Shown here: piece after piece, positions 47,083 to 56,345 of the stretch
Layout: each line of letters opens with the position of its first letter
Position numbering within the stretch: the stretch's first letter is position 1
Source: an uncultured Pirellulales bacterium
Lineage (GTDB): Bacteria > Planctomycetota > Phycisphaerae > Sedimentisphaerales > Anaerobacaceae
Assembly (NCBI GenBank): GCA_964494325.1
Contig: CAZBTJ010000008.1
Span: forward strand, 2,234-66,233
Direction: 5' to 3'
Length of the DNA stretch: 64,000 nucleotides
The notes under the pieces: generated by a model
The model's input: only the letters and a program-made list of their open reading frames with translations
Databases searched by the model: none
Told to the model about the DNA's origin: nothing
Position numbers and translations under genes: made by a program

Positions 47083-47391
47083 ATGGATTGGATAAAGCAA
47101 CATATACCCATGACCCTATTGGGTTTGTACCTATTGAGCATCAACGGAATTACGTTTGTTCAATATGGCTGGGACAAACACCAGGCAAAAAAACAGAAAC
47201 GCCGCATTCCAGAGAAACGGCTTCACATTCTGGCCCTGATAGGTGGCACACCCGGCGCCCTTCTGGGACAACTCACGTTCAGGCACAAGACCAAGAAAAA
47301 ACGCTTTCAAGTGGTGTTCATTGGGATTGTGGTACTACAACTGGCTCTGATTGCCGCAGGGCTATATCTGAACTGGAAAGTCAAAAGCTAA
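47083..47391 (+). CDS. DUF1294-family small membrane protein
   Basis: NGITFVQYGWDKHQAKKQKRRIPEKRLHILALIGGTPGALLGQLTFRHKTKK matches the DUF1294 pattern (D.. A......RIPE..L.......GG..GA......FRHKT.K). Confidence 0.7.
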   Translation: MDWIKQHIPMTLLGLYLLSINGITFVQYGWDKHQAKKQKRRIPEKRLHILALIGGTPGALLGQLTFRHKTKKKRFQVVFIGIVVLQLALIAAGLYLNWKVKS

Positions 47392-47425
47392 CAGCTGAGG
47401 GGTGAAGCTACAGTGAAGATAAGAA

Positions 47426-47456
47426 GGCAGAATGAGTGAAAAACACCCACTCTGCC
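47426..47456 (-). terminator. Probable terminator hairpin of pntB
   Basis: ggcagaatgagtg / cacccactctgcc. The two mismatches become G-U pairs only in the minus-strand transcript. A T-rich tract follows on the minus strand. Confidence 0.5.
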
Positions 47457-47463
47457 TGTGAAT

Positions 47464-48873
47464 CTAACTTTTAAACTCTGACACCAATTCACCAATGGTG
47501 GCCTTGGCATCACCGAACAGCATGCGTGTGTTGTCCTTGAAGAACAAGGGATTGTCCACACCGGCAAAGCCAGGATTCATGGAGCGTTTGAGCACAATAC
47601 AAGTGCGTGCTCGGTCCACGTCAATAATGGGCATACCCCACAAGGGACTTTTTTCATCTTCACGTGCCGCTGGATTGACCACATCATTGGCCCCAATTAC
47701 AATGGCCACATCGGTCATTTCCATGGTGGGATTGACGTCCTGCGGTTCCACCAGCATTTCATACGGCACATTGGCCTCTGCCAACAAGACATTCATATGG
47801 CCCGGCATACGACCTGCCACAGGATGAATGCAGTATTTGACGTCAGCGCCATTGGCCTCCAGCATTTCACCCAATTCGCGTACCCCGTGCTGGGCCTGAG
47901 CAGCAGCCATGCCATAGCCCGGTACAAAAACCACGCTGCTGGCCGCTTCCAGTATGAGATAGGCATCCTGGCTACTCACAGGCTTGGCCTCGCCCTGATA
48001 ACCCGCTGCCTGATCCGTATCGGCCACAGCACCAAAACCGCTGAACAACACATTGCTCAGAGACCGGTTCATGGCCTTGCACATGATATTGGTCAGGATC
48101 AGACCTGAGGCACCCACCAGGGAGCCGGACACAATCAGCACATTGTTGCTGATAATAAACCCTGCTGCACAGGCGGCCAAACCGGAGTAGCTATTGAGCA
48201 AACAGATCACCACGGGCATGTCTGCTCCACCAATGCTAATGGTAGACAATACGCCCAATGCCATGGCCAGCGCCACAGTCAGGAGCAACAACACATACAT
48301 CCCAGGTCCGCCCGCAGCCAAAGTCTGCCTACAGAAGAAGATGCCAATGCCCACAATGGCCACCAGAATACCACTGTTGACCAGATTCTGTCCTTTATAC
48401 CGAATCGGCTTTCCAGTCAGCACGCCAGCCAATTTGCCATAGGCAATCAAGCTGCCAGAAAATGTCACGCCACCAATCAGAACGGTAAGATAAATGGCCA
48501 CCATCGTGAACAAGGCCATATCCACGGGTAAAGCAATCGCCCAATTCGAATGAAACTCGGACCAACCCACCAGTAAACTGGCCAGACCGCCAAACCCATT
48601 AAACAGTCCCACCATTTGAGGAATCGACGTCATCTGCACCAGGCGTGCGGACACACACCCCACCACCACGCCGATGCCAGCGCCTACCAGAATCCAAATG
48701 ACAGGAATCGACTTCATGGCCGTTAGAGTGATCACAATGGCCAACAGCATACCCATAGAAGAGATAAGATTGCCCTTCCGTGCCGTGGCCGCTGAGCTGA
48801 GCATCTTGAGACCGACCACAAACAGAATGGCAGCACCAATGTAAAGTATTCCACGAATTAACTCGGCATTCAT
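47464..48873 (-). CDS. pntB: NAD(P) transhydrogenase subunit beta
   Basis: 469 aa. N-terminal TM domain plus C-terminal NADP(H)-binding dIII (VFVPGYGMAAAQAQH, CIHPVAGRMPGHMNVLLAEA, VIGANDVVNPAA). Confidence 0.9.
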   Translation of the reverse strand: MNAELIRGILYIGAAILFVVGLKMLSSAATARKGNLISSMGMLLAIVITLTAMKSIPVIWILVGAGIGVVVGCVSARLVQMTSIPQMVGLFNGFGGLASLLVGWSEFHSNWAIALPVDMALFTMVAIYLTVLIGGVTFSGSLIAYGKLAGVLTGKPIRYKGQNLVNSGILVAIVGIGIFFCRQTLAAGGPGMYVLLLLTVALAMALGVLSTISIGGADMPVVICLLNSYSGLAACAAGFIISNNVLIVSGSLVGASGLILTNIMCKAMNRSLSNVLFSGFGAVADTDQAAGYQGEAKPVSSQDAYLILEAASSVVFVPGYGMAAAQAQHGVRELGEMLEANGADVKYCIHPVAGRMPGHMNVLLAEANVPYEMLVEPQDVNPTMEMTDVAIVIGANDVVNPAAREDEKSPLWGMPIIDVDRARTCIVLKRSMNPGFAGVDNPLFFKDNTRMLFGDAKATIGELVSEFKS

Positions 48874-49184
48874 GCGGCGCCTCCCTTCTTATCTTTGCTC
48901 TTAAACATCTTGAGCATACGATCTGTCACAAGGTAGCCGCCCACAACATTGATCATGGCAAGCGCCACAGCCAGGGTCCCCAGGATAGTGACCACCAGGC
49001 CACTGCCTTCATGCCCCAGGGCCAGAAGTGCGCCCACAATGGTAATCCCAGAAATGGCATTTGACCCGGACATCAAGGGCGTATGCAACTGGGATGGTAC
49101 TTTTTTGATCAGCTCCACACCCAGAAGCATGGCCAGAATAAACACAAAGAATAACAGAGACATAGTCTGAGGTGTCAAGTTCAT
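48870..49184 (-). CDS. pntAB: NAD(P) transhydrogenase subunit alpha, part 2 (membrane)
   Basis: 104 aa, 3 TM helices. VPSQLHTPLMSGSNAISGITIVGA motif. 4-nt overlap with the pntB start. Confidence 0.85.
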   Translation of the reverse strand: MNLTPQTMSLLFFVFILAMLLGVELIKKVPSQLHTPLMSGSNAISGITIVGALLALGHEGSGLVVTILGTLAVALAMINVVGGYLVTDRMLKMFKSKDKKGGAA

Positions 49185-49291
49185 AGAGTGAACTCCTATT
49201 TCTAAAAAAGGTTCACGGTTCGCAGTTCCAGATTCACGGTTAAGTCAGAGCGCTGGTTTTTCCAGCCACCAACCGTGAGCAGTTACCCTTA

Positions 49292-50434
49292 TTAGTTCGA
49301 AACCGCCTCTACTTTCTTGAGCATGGGATGAACAATTTCCCCATTGTGGGTCAAGAGGCAACCCTGAATGATTTCATCTTCACGGTTGAGCACAAACTGT
49401 TTGGCCTCTTTATCCCAGAAATGGGTGACCAGATGGCACAGATTACTGGAGAACATCTGACTGGCAGGCACAGGCACCATACGCTGCAACTCTGGCAGGC
49501 CAATAATTGTCACACCCTTGCGATCAACCTCTTCACCCAGCCTAGAAGCCTCCACATTCCCCCCCGTCTCCACAGCCATATCCACCACCAGACTGCCCGG
49601 CTGCATGGCGTCGAGCATCTCGTGGGTCACGATTAACGGGGCTTTTCTACCAAACACCTTGGCCGTGGTAATGACCACGTCGGACAGTCCACATTGCTTG
49701 GCCATGGCCGCCCGTTGGATTTGGATCTGTTCATCGGTCAACTGTTTTGCATAGCCATCCTTGGTCTTGCCCGTGTCACCCAGATCGATCCGAAGGGGCT
49801 TGGCACCCAGCGACAATATTTGCTCCTGGGCCTCCGGCCTCACATCAAAGGCCTCCACACGCGCCCCCAGACGCTTGGCCGTGGCAATCGCCTGCAATCC
49901 GGCCACGCCTACCCCAATAATAAACACACGGGCCGGCTGAATGGTACCTGCAGGCGTCATCATCATGGGGAAGATCTTTTTCTGACGTTCCGCAGCCAGA
50001 ACAACCGACACATATCCGGCCAGGTTCGCTTGCGAACTCAACACATCCATTTTCTGTGCGATCGTGGTACGAGGAATCATCTCAAGGCTGATCCCACTGA
50101 CCCCGGCATCGGCCATCGCCCTGACCAATTCAGTATTATTAAAGGGATCCAGGTTGCTCACATGTACCGCACCTTTTTTGAGGCCAGCCAACTCATCGCC
50201 CCTGGGGATGCTCATGCGAAGCACCAGATCGGCCTCTTTCAATGCAGTCTTTCGGCCCCTGGTCACAGTGGCACCGGCCTGGGTGTAAACCTCATCCGAA
50301 ATATGAATGGACTTGCCAATCCCCACCTCCACAGTCACTTCTGCACCCAGTTGCACCAATTTCCCGACATCAACGGGCAACATCGGCACCCGGGTCTCTT
50401 CAACGCCTGCTTCTTTCACAACGAATAACTTCAT
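49292..50434 (-). CDS. pntAA: NAD(P) transhydrogenase subunit alpha, part 1 (dI, alanine-dehydrogenase-like)
   Basis: KE....E.RV...P pattern (VKEAGVEETRVPMLP). Rossmann VFIIGVGVAGLQAIATAKRLGARVEAFDVR. Confidence 0.9.
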   Translation of the reverse strand: MKLFVVKEAGVEETRVPMLPVDVGKLVQLGAEVTVEVGIGKSIHISDEVYTQAGATVTRGRKTALKEADLVLRMSIPRGDELAGLKKGAVHVSNLDPFNNTELVRAMADAGVSGISLEMIPRTTIAQKMDVLSSQANLAGYVSVVLAAERQKKIFPMMMTPAGTIQPARVFIIGVGVAGLQAIATAKRLGARVEAFDVRPEAQEQILSLGAKPLRIDLGDTGKTKDGYAKQLTDEQIQIQRAAMAKQCGLSDVVITTAKVFGRKAPLIVTHEMLDAMQPGSLVVDMAVETGGNVEASRLGEEVDRKGVTIIGLPELQRMVPVPASQMFSSNLCHLVTHFWDKEAKQFVLNREDEIIQGCLLTHNGEIVHPMLKKVEAVSN

Positions 50435-50757
50435 TTGAACTCCTTAAAACACGGATTATGTGGCTTATGCTTTTTAAGTGCAGATCAGATTTCCGTTATT
50501 ACACGCAGCAAACAACACAATCACGCCCCTGTCAAGTGTATTTAAATCCCAGTACGTGGGTCAATTCAGTCAAGTTCAGGAAAGGGGCTGTTTTGGGGGG
50601 AAGATGCCAAATAAAAACAGATTGAAGCGGTTTTAAACCCGTGGACTAACCCTGTTTTTTTGACCTGAAACAGACACTTTTACGTGGCATAGCTGGAGTG
50701 CGATCTTGCCTTGTGAGAACTGAGAACTTGAAGTCTGCAAAGCTTGAGTTACGGCAT

Positions 50758-51723
50758 TCATCTTGCCCTGGCAGCTTCCCTTTGCGCCGTCCTCTCACGG
50801 ACCTGACGAATCAATGACAGGTGATGGCTCTTATCAATACCTCCGGCCTGACAATAGGCGTGGAAAAATCTCCAGCGGTCTGAGTCGGTTAGATTTTTCA
50901 CAAAGAGATGAAGCTGCACCAGGTTTTTGATGCGGCGTCTTTCAGGTAGGATACCAAACTGGACCGTGCGTTCGTTGTCGAGCAGCCAAAACCGCCAGGT
51001 ATCACCTGCCTCCTGAACCAGAACATTGCCTACACGCAGATCACCATGAAAGATCCCATGACCATGCAACCGCCCGATTTCGCAACCCAAAGTCTGAAGA
51101 AACCGTCTTCTTCTAGCCAGTCCCTCAATGCCATTAAAGTACAGATTCAGAGCAATCGCATCCGTCACGGCCAGGGTCACAGTAGAACTAGCCCTACAAT
51201 AGGGAAGATTGCGAAGCCCTGGCACATGGGCCAACCACGGACGGTAACACGCAGTGGCAATCACGACAGGACACCCAAATCCATATCGGATCAGCATGGC
51301 AGACGCCGCATGATTTCGTCTGGCACGACCGGCCCGGACCAAATGCTTGAGTCGGTCTACCACGGATCGATACAGGTACTTCTTCACATACACGGGATAG
51401 GTAGCACCTTCAGCCTCTACAAACCCAGTGAACACCCGTGCGTAGGGTGAAGCCTGAACAGGCTCAAGCGTCGCAGTCTCTGGCACAAACACCGCCAAAT
51501 TCACAATAGATCTAGGGTAGCTCCGGTGCGCATACACAACCCATCCCCCATGGGCATAGGTTTGATATGGGTCACTTTGGCCTTTCTTGACTGTCATCGG
51601 CTGCATCCTACGCGAAAAATCACAAAACTGGCCAGAGAAACTCCCGGGTTTCCATGAAATGTTGCATCTGCTGAACGCTCTGCTATGACTTACGTGCCAC
51701 TGCTTCGATTGTATTAAAGGCAT
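50758..51723 (-). CDS. Lipopolysaccharide-kinase (Kdo/WaaP/InaA) family protein kinase-like protein
   Basis: Catalytic loop GIFHGDLRVGNVLV and LLDNERT. The true start may be the internal Met at about 51606. Confidence 0.7.
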   Translation of the reverse strand: MPLIQSKQWHVSHSRAFSRCNISWKPGSFSGQFCDFSRRMQPMTVKKGQSDPYQTYAHGGWVVYAHRSYPRSIVNLAVFVPETATLEPVQASPYARVFTGFVEAEGATYPVYVKKYLYRSVVDRLKHLVRAGRARRNHAASAMLIRYGFGCPVVIATACYRPWLAHVPGLRNLPYCRASSTVTLAVTDAIALNLYFNGIEGLARRRRFLQTLGCEIGRLHGHGIFHGDLRVGNVLVQEAGDTWRFWLLDNERTVQFGILPERRRIKNLVQLHLFVKNLTDSDRWRFFHAYCQAGGIDKSHHLSLIRQVRERTAQREAARAR

Positions 51724-51798
51724 TGTGGGGCGTAAGAATCACATGGTCCTTTTTGGAAAGTGCCAGAAACCATTAACCAGAAACCCAGAGCTGAACCG

Positions 51799-52365
51799 CT
51801 ATTTGTTCAACTTTTTGAGCAGCCAGGCCATGTTTTCGCCCAAGTTTTGCATGTTCTTCATGCCTTCGTCATCATTCAGCGATTCGCCTTTGGCCAGGCC
51901 CAACCCAAAATTCCAGTAGGTTGACCCGATCATGATCATCTGGTTGATCTGGGCCATACGGAGTATGGCATCGTATGTCGGCACTGCCCCGCCACGGCGA
52001 ACCGCCACAACCCCTGCCATGGGCTTTCGAATCAGTTTACCTGTCACACGACCCAAAAAGCCCACGCGATCCAAAAAAGCCTTGGCCTCGGCAGTCACAT
52101 TGGCAAAGTACGTGGGTGACCCCACCAAAATGGCGTCGGCCTCGCAAGCCGTGTCAAACCACGTATTCAGATCATCATTTTGCACACAACGCCCCCCATT
52201 CTTGGTACATCCAAAACACCCAGTACAGCCACGCAGCGCTTTTCTCGCAATGTCTATGCGCTCGCACCCAATGCCCTTCTCCCGAAGCACGCCAAACACG
52301 GTTTCAATCATCTGCTGGGTATTCCCATTGGGCCGAGGCGACCCATTAAATGCGACAACCTTCAT
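51799..52365 (-). CDS. Flavodoxin-like FMN reductase / iron-sulfur flavoprotein family protein
   Basis: MKVVAFNGSPRPNGNT, Cys cluster CTGCFGC...C, VGSPTYFANVTAEAKAFLDR. Confidence 0.75.
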   Translation of the reverse strand: MKVVAFNGSPRPNGNTQQMIETVFGVLREKGIGCERIDIARKALRGCTGCFGCTKNGGRCVQNDDLNTWFDTACEADAILVGSPTYFANVTAEAKAFLDRVGFLGRVTGKLIRKPMAGVVAVRRGGAVPTYDAILRMAQINQMIMIGSTYWNFGLGLAKGESLNDDEGMKNMQNLGENMAWLLKKLNK

Positions 52366-52611
52366 AGTTTCAACTCCTTACAAAACGATATTATTCAAAA
52401 TGAGAACGCGTGATTGTCGCCGATTAAATCCTGTTTGGCAACCAGGAATGCTGATTTGAACCTCTGTTATGCCTGACGAACCAGCACAGTGCGCAAGAAA
52501 ATGGGTATCTGGGCCGATTTTGGAACTTTTCCCTGGACACCCCTGCAGGCAATCGCTAAAATACCCCTTTTCTACACTCACAAGACGAACTAATATTCGA
52601 GGTTAAAGAAT

Positions 52612-52845
52612 ATGGCTCATAAAAAAGGTCAAGGGTCTACCAGAAATGGTAGTGATAGTAATCCTCAATATAGAGGCGTAAAACTGTATGGCGGTCAAAC
52701 GGCAAAGGCTGGCTCTATTATTGTCAGGCAATGCGGTACAAAGTTCTTTCCTGGCAACAATGTGGGCATGGGAAGGGATTACACCTTGTATGCCAAAGCT
52801 GAAGGCAAGGTTACGTTCGTGGGTCGCAAGATTCACGTTCAGTAA
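52612..52845 (+). CDS. rpmA: 50S ribosomal protein L27
   Basis: [29 protein letters not shown]...[28 protein letters not shown]. Confidence 0.95.
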   Translation: MAHKKGQGSTRNGSDSNPQYRGVKLYGGQTAKAGSIIVRQCGTKFFPGNNVGMGRDYTLYAKAEGKVTFVGRKIHVQ

Positions 52846-52876
52846 TTACCTGCTTTGGCAGTTCAATTGATTTTCT

Positions 52877-52905
52877 AAAGGATGGTCCGAGACCATCCTT
52901 TTTTT
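52877..52905 (+). terminator. Rho-independent terminator/attenuator between rpmA and obg
   Basis: Perfect 11-bp stem aaaggatggtc / gaccatccttt (52877-52887 / 52891-52901), running into a T run that ends at 52905. Confidence 0.75.
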
Positions 52906-52924
52906 GTAATACCCAAGTGCAATT

Positions 52925-53920
52925 ATGTTTTTTGATCAAGCAAAAATCTATATCAAGGCTGGAGACGGCGGCCACGGATGCGTGAGCTTGCACCGGGAGA
53001 AGTTTATTCCCAAGGGCGGACCAGACGGGGGTGACGGCGGCTACGGTGGCCATGTCTATTTTGTGGCCGTAGACGACCTCGATACCCTGATTGATTTTAA
53101 CGGAAAGCAACACTGGATCGCCAAGAGTGGTTTGCCTGGTGAAGGCAACAACCGCCACGGGGCTGAAGGCGAAGACCTTATTATCCGCGTGCCGGTTGGC
53201 ACCATGCTGTTTGACATGGATCTGGACGACCTGATGATCAAAGACCTCACAGAGGTCGGCGTCAAGGTCAAGGTCTGCAAGGGGGGCAAAGGTGGCAAGG
53301 GAAACAAGAGCTTTGCAAACGCCATTCGCCAAACCCCAAAATTTGCCACAAATGGCAAGATTGGCCAATCTCGCAATCTTAGGCTTGAGCTCAAGCTCAT
53401 AGCCGATGTGGGACTCCTGGGCATGCCCAATGCAGGTAAGAGCACCTTGGTATCCCGCTGCTCGGCAGCACGCCCCAAAATTGCAGATTATCCGTTCACC
53501 ACCTTGGAACCGGTGTTGGGCATTGTGGAATTAAGCGGTTACCGAAGATATGTGATGGCGGATATTCCCGGTATTATCGAAGGCGCCCACGATGGGGTGG
53601 GACTGGGACTCGATTTCTTACGGCACATCGAGCGCACCAGCGTCCTGGCCCATATCCTTGATGCCCAACCCATGGATGGCTCTGACCCGGTTGAAAACTA
53701 TCATACCCTGAGAAATGAGCTGGCCAAGTACAGCCCAGTCCTGGCAGCCAAGCCTGAAGTCATCGTACTCAACAAGATCGACCTGGCCCCTGACTCAGAC
53801 ATCATTGAGGACATCACATCAAGGCTGGGCAAGAAAAAAGTGCATACCGTCTCTGCAGTATCAGGGCAGGGCCTGCGTGAGCTCAACGAAGCCCTCTGGC
53901 AACAACTCAACAAGGAATAG
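52925..53920 (+). CDS. obg: GTPase Obg/CgtA
   Basis: Obg fold MFFDQAKIYIKAGDGGHGCVSLHREKFIPKGGPDGGDGGYGGHVYF. G1 GMPNAGKSTL, G3 DIPGIIEGA, G4 NKID. Confidence 0.95.
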   Translation: MFFDQAKIYIKAGDGGHGCVSLHREKFIPKGGPDGGDGGYGGHVYFVAVDDLDTLIDFNGKQHWIAKSGLPGEGNNRHGAEGEDLIIRVPVGTMLFDMDLDDLMIKDLTEVGVKVKVCKGGKGGKGNKSFANAIRQTPKFATNGKIGQSRNLRLELKLIADVGLLGMPNAGKSTLVSRCSAARPKIADYPFTTLEPVLGIVELSGYRRYVMADIPGIIEGAHDGVGLGLDFLRHIERTSVLAHILDAQPMDGSDPVENYHTLRNELAKYSPVLAAKPEVIVLNKIDLAPDSDIIEDITSRLGKKKVHTVSAVSGQGLRELNEALWQQLNKE

Positions 53921-53923
53921 ACC

Positions 53924-54709
53924 ATGAACCTCATTGCCATTGACATCGGCAACACCAACCTGCACCTTGGCCTCTTTATTCATGATGAACAAGTCTCCAT
54001 TGAATCTGTGCCTGGTGAAGACACGGCAAAAATCAAGGCAGCCCTGTCAGCGGCGTGGGACCAATGCCCAGTGCTGTCGTCATCTACTGAGGAAAAACGA
54101 GATGCTGTGGTAGTCGTCAGCAGTGTACAACCCGAAAGAACAGAGCGCTTCCGAGAACTGGTGCGTAACACGCTGGATGAACGGATCTATCTGATAGGCG
54201 AGGACATTAACTTACCTATTGCCGCCTGGGTGGATGCCCCGCAAGAGGTCGGCACTGACCGGCTGGTTGCGGCGGCGGCTGCCTATTCTGTCGCTGAAAA
54301 CGCTGTGATCATTGCAGACTTTGGCACGGCCGTGACTATTGACGTGGTAGATGCGAAGGGCGTATTTCAGGGCGGTGTGATCTTTCCAGGCTTTGATTTA
54401 GGTGCTCAGAGCCTCAATGAACACACAGCCAAGCTCCCCAAGGTTGCCGTGTCACGCCCAGCCGAACCGTGGGGTAAAAACACACAAGAGGCCATCAACT
54501 GTGGCCTCTACTACAGTGCGGTCGGCGCCTTGCAGGAAATCGTGCAACGCTACTCTGAAAAAATGGGTAGCTGGCCTCAAACCGTGATCACTGGTTCAGG
54601 TGCCAAAGTCATTCACCAGGACTGTGAATTCATTGACTCATACGTACCGCATATGGTCATCAAGGGCATTGTCTTGGCCTATAGAAAACACATTGAGGAA
54701 CAACGGTAG
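53924..54709 (+). CDS. coaX: Type III pantothenate kinase
   Basis: LIAIDIGNTNLHLGLF, GTDRLVAAAAAY, IIADFGTAVTIDVV, ITGSGA motifs. Confidence 0.9.
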   Translation: MNLIAIDIGNTNLHLGLFIHDEQVSIESVPGEDTAKIKAALSAAWDQCPVLSSSTEEKRDAVVVVSSVQPERTERFRELVRNTLDERIYLIGEDINLPIAAWVDAPQEVGTDRLVAAAAAYSVAENAVIIADFGTAVTIDVVDAKGVFQGGVIFPGFDLGAQSLNEHTAKLPKVAVSRPAEPWGKNTQEAINCGLYYSAVGALQEIVQRYSEKMGSWPQTVITGSGAKVIHQDCEFIDSYVPHMVIKGIVLAYRKHIEEQR

Positions 54710-54715
54710 ACAAAC

Positions 54716-55864
54716 ATGCAAACCCTGGCTGCAGTTTTGACAGGCTCAGGCACCAGTGCCATTGCTACCATTGAAGTCTTTGGCCCGGAAGCCTGCAACA
54801 TTGTGTCACACCTATTCACACCCTATGGCACCTCCCCCCCCCGCTTTGACGTGGGATCAATTCTGGTGGGCCATTTGCACGACAACCACAAGCCGATTGA
54901 CCAGATCACAGTCGGCTGCGAAGGCGAACATCACTTAGCACTCCATTGCCACGGCAATCCATTAATCGTTGAAACTGCCATGACTTTGCTTAAGGCCCAA
55001 GGCGTCCAACTGGTCAAACCCGAAGACATCAGGACCAGACAGCTTGCGACCTCGAACTTGTCCCTCTGTCAACAGGAAACCCATCTGGCCCTGGTTCACT
55101 GCAGGACCCTGCTCGGGGCGCGTCTCTTGAATCACCAGATCCAGGAAAGCCTGACAGCCTGGGCACAAAAGAAACACAACAGCGTTGAAGCCCTACACAG
55201 CCAATGCAAGATAATCCTTGACCAAAGCCTCACTGCACACCAGATTTTAAATGGTATCACGGTAGCCCTGATTGGTCCCCCCAACTCGGGTAAAAGCACT
55301 TTGCTCAACAGCCTGTCCGGACAGGACGCAGCCATTGTCACTGACATCAAAGGCACCACACGCGACTGGGTCGAGGCAAACTGCCACACAGACAACCTTG
55401 CCATGCGTCTTATCGACACGGCCGGCCTGGACAGCATGCTCCAACAGAACCGCCTGGATACAGAATCACAGGACAGAACACTCAGCGTCATTCGTGGGGC
55501 ACATATTTTACTGCTCGTTCTGGACAACGCTCAATCTGCCACTCAAATCGAATCCCACTGGTTCGACCGGCTCCCAAAGGTCCCCCGCCTCACCCTCCTC
55601 AACAAATCCGACCTGCCCAACCAACTCAATCTCAAAGATCTGGGTCTGAACCCTGCTACGGCCATCTCCATCAGTGCCAAAAACGAAACCGGCCTGAACA
55701 ACCTCTTGACCCGAATCGAACAGACGCTACAGGTCAAAAACTTTGACATCACGCAACCCTTGTGTGTCACCCCGAGACAACGGCAGTGCCTTGAAGAAGT
55801 CCTGTTGACTCAAACTCTGGCTCAGGCGCAAAAACACCTTAAGGTCTTGGTCAATGGAAACTGA
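54716..55864 (+). CDS. MnmE (TrmE)-like GTPase, short form lacking the C-terminal CIGK motif
   Basis: N-terminal SAIATIEVFGPEA. G domain IGPPNSGKSTLLNSL, VTDIKGTTRD, IDTAGL, LLNKSDL. 382 aa, ending ...KHLKVLVNGN. Confidence 0.7.
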   Translation: MQTLAAVLTGSGTSAIATIEVFGPEACNIVSHLFTPYGTSPPRFDVGSILVGHLHDNHKPIDQITVGCEGEHHLALHCHGNPLIVETAMTLLKAQGVQLVKPEDIRTRQLATSNLSLCQQETHLALVHCRTLLGARLLNHQIQESLTAWAQKKHNSVEALHSQCKIILDQSLTAHQILNGITVALIGPPNSGKSTLLNSLSGQDAAIVTDIKGTTRDWVEANCHTDNLAMRLIDTAGLDSMLQQNRLDTESQDRTLSVIRGAHILLLVLDNAQSATQIESHWFDRLPKVPRLTLLNKSDLPNQLNLKDLGLNPATAISISAKNETGLNNLLTRIEQTLQVKNFDITQPLCVTPRQRQCLEEVLLTQTLAQAQKHLKVLVNGN

Positions 55865-56082
55865 GTAACCCGTCCACGCCAGGGATCCATCTGACGGCTC
55901 TCACTCGTCATGCGTCCGGGAAAACCACAAAAACTGGTAGACTATGTAAGGGGCTATCAATGGCCCTGATAAGGCAATAGCGACTCTCTTTGGCTTATTT
56001 ACATTTACTTAAAGCAAAATTCAAGCGGGGCTATAGTAGGTCTTTCCGTACATAAGTCTGTGCCTTGCGTGAGATCAAGTAA

Positions 56083-56345
56083 ATGTCCGATTATGAACGA
56101 ACACACAAATATATCTGGCTGCTCATTCTGCTATTGATGACTGGCATGAGCGTGGTCGTTTGCCTCGCCACGTTCTTGCTTGATACGGCTGAGGTCAACG
56201 TGTCAGTCCAAGAACTGCTCAATAGCCCAGGGGCGGTGAATATGATGACCAGCATGCCCGAGGTCATAGCCGGCCTGCTCGGGATCACCATTTCCGTGGT
56301 GGCCATCATCGTAGAATTGGCAGCCATTATCTCGCGGCTGCTCAT
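56083..56345 (+). pseudogene. N-terminal fragment of a membrane protein (DUF2254-like?) truncated at the jetD stop
   Basis: MSDYERTHKYIWLLILLLMTGMSVVVCLATFLLD...GLLGITISVVAIIVELAA reads like a genuine TM N-terminus. From about 56345 the frame continues only as the antisense of jetD. Confidence 0.4.
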
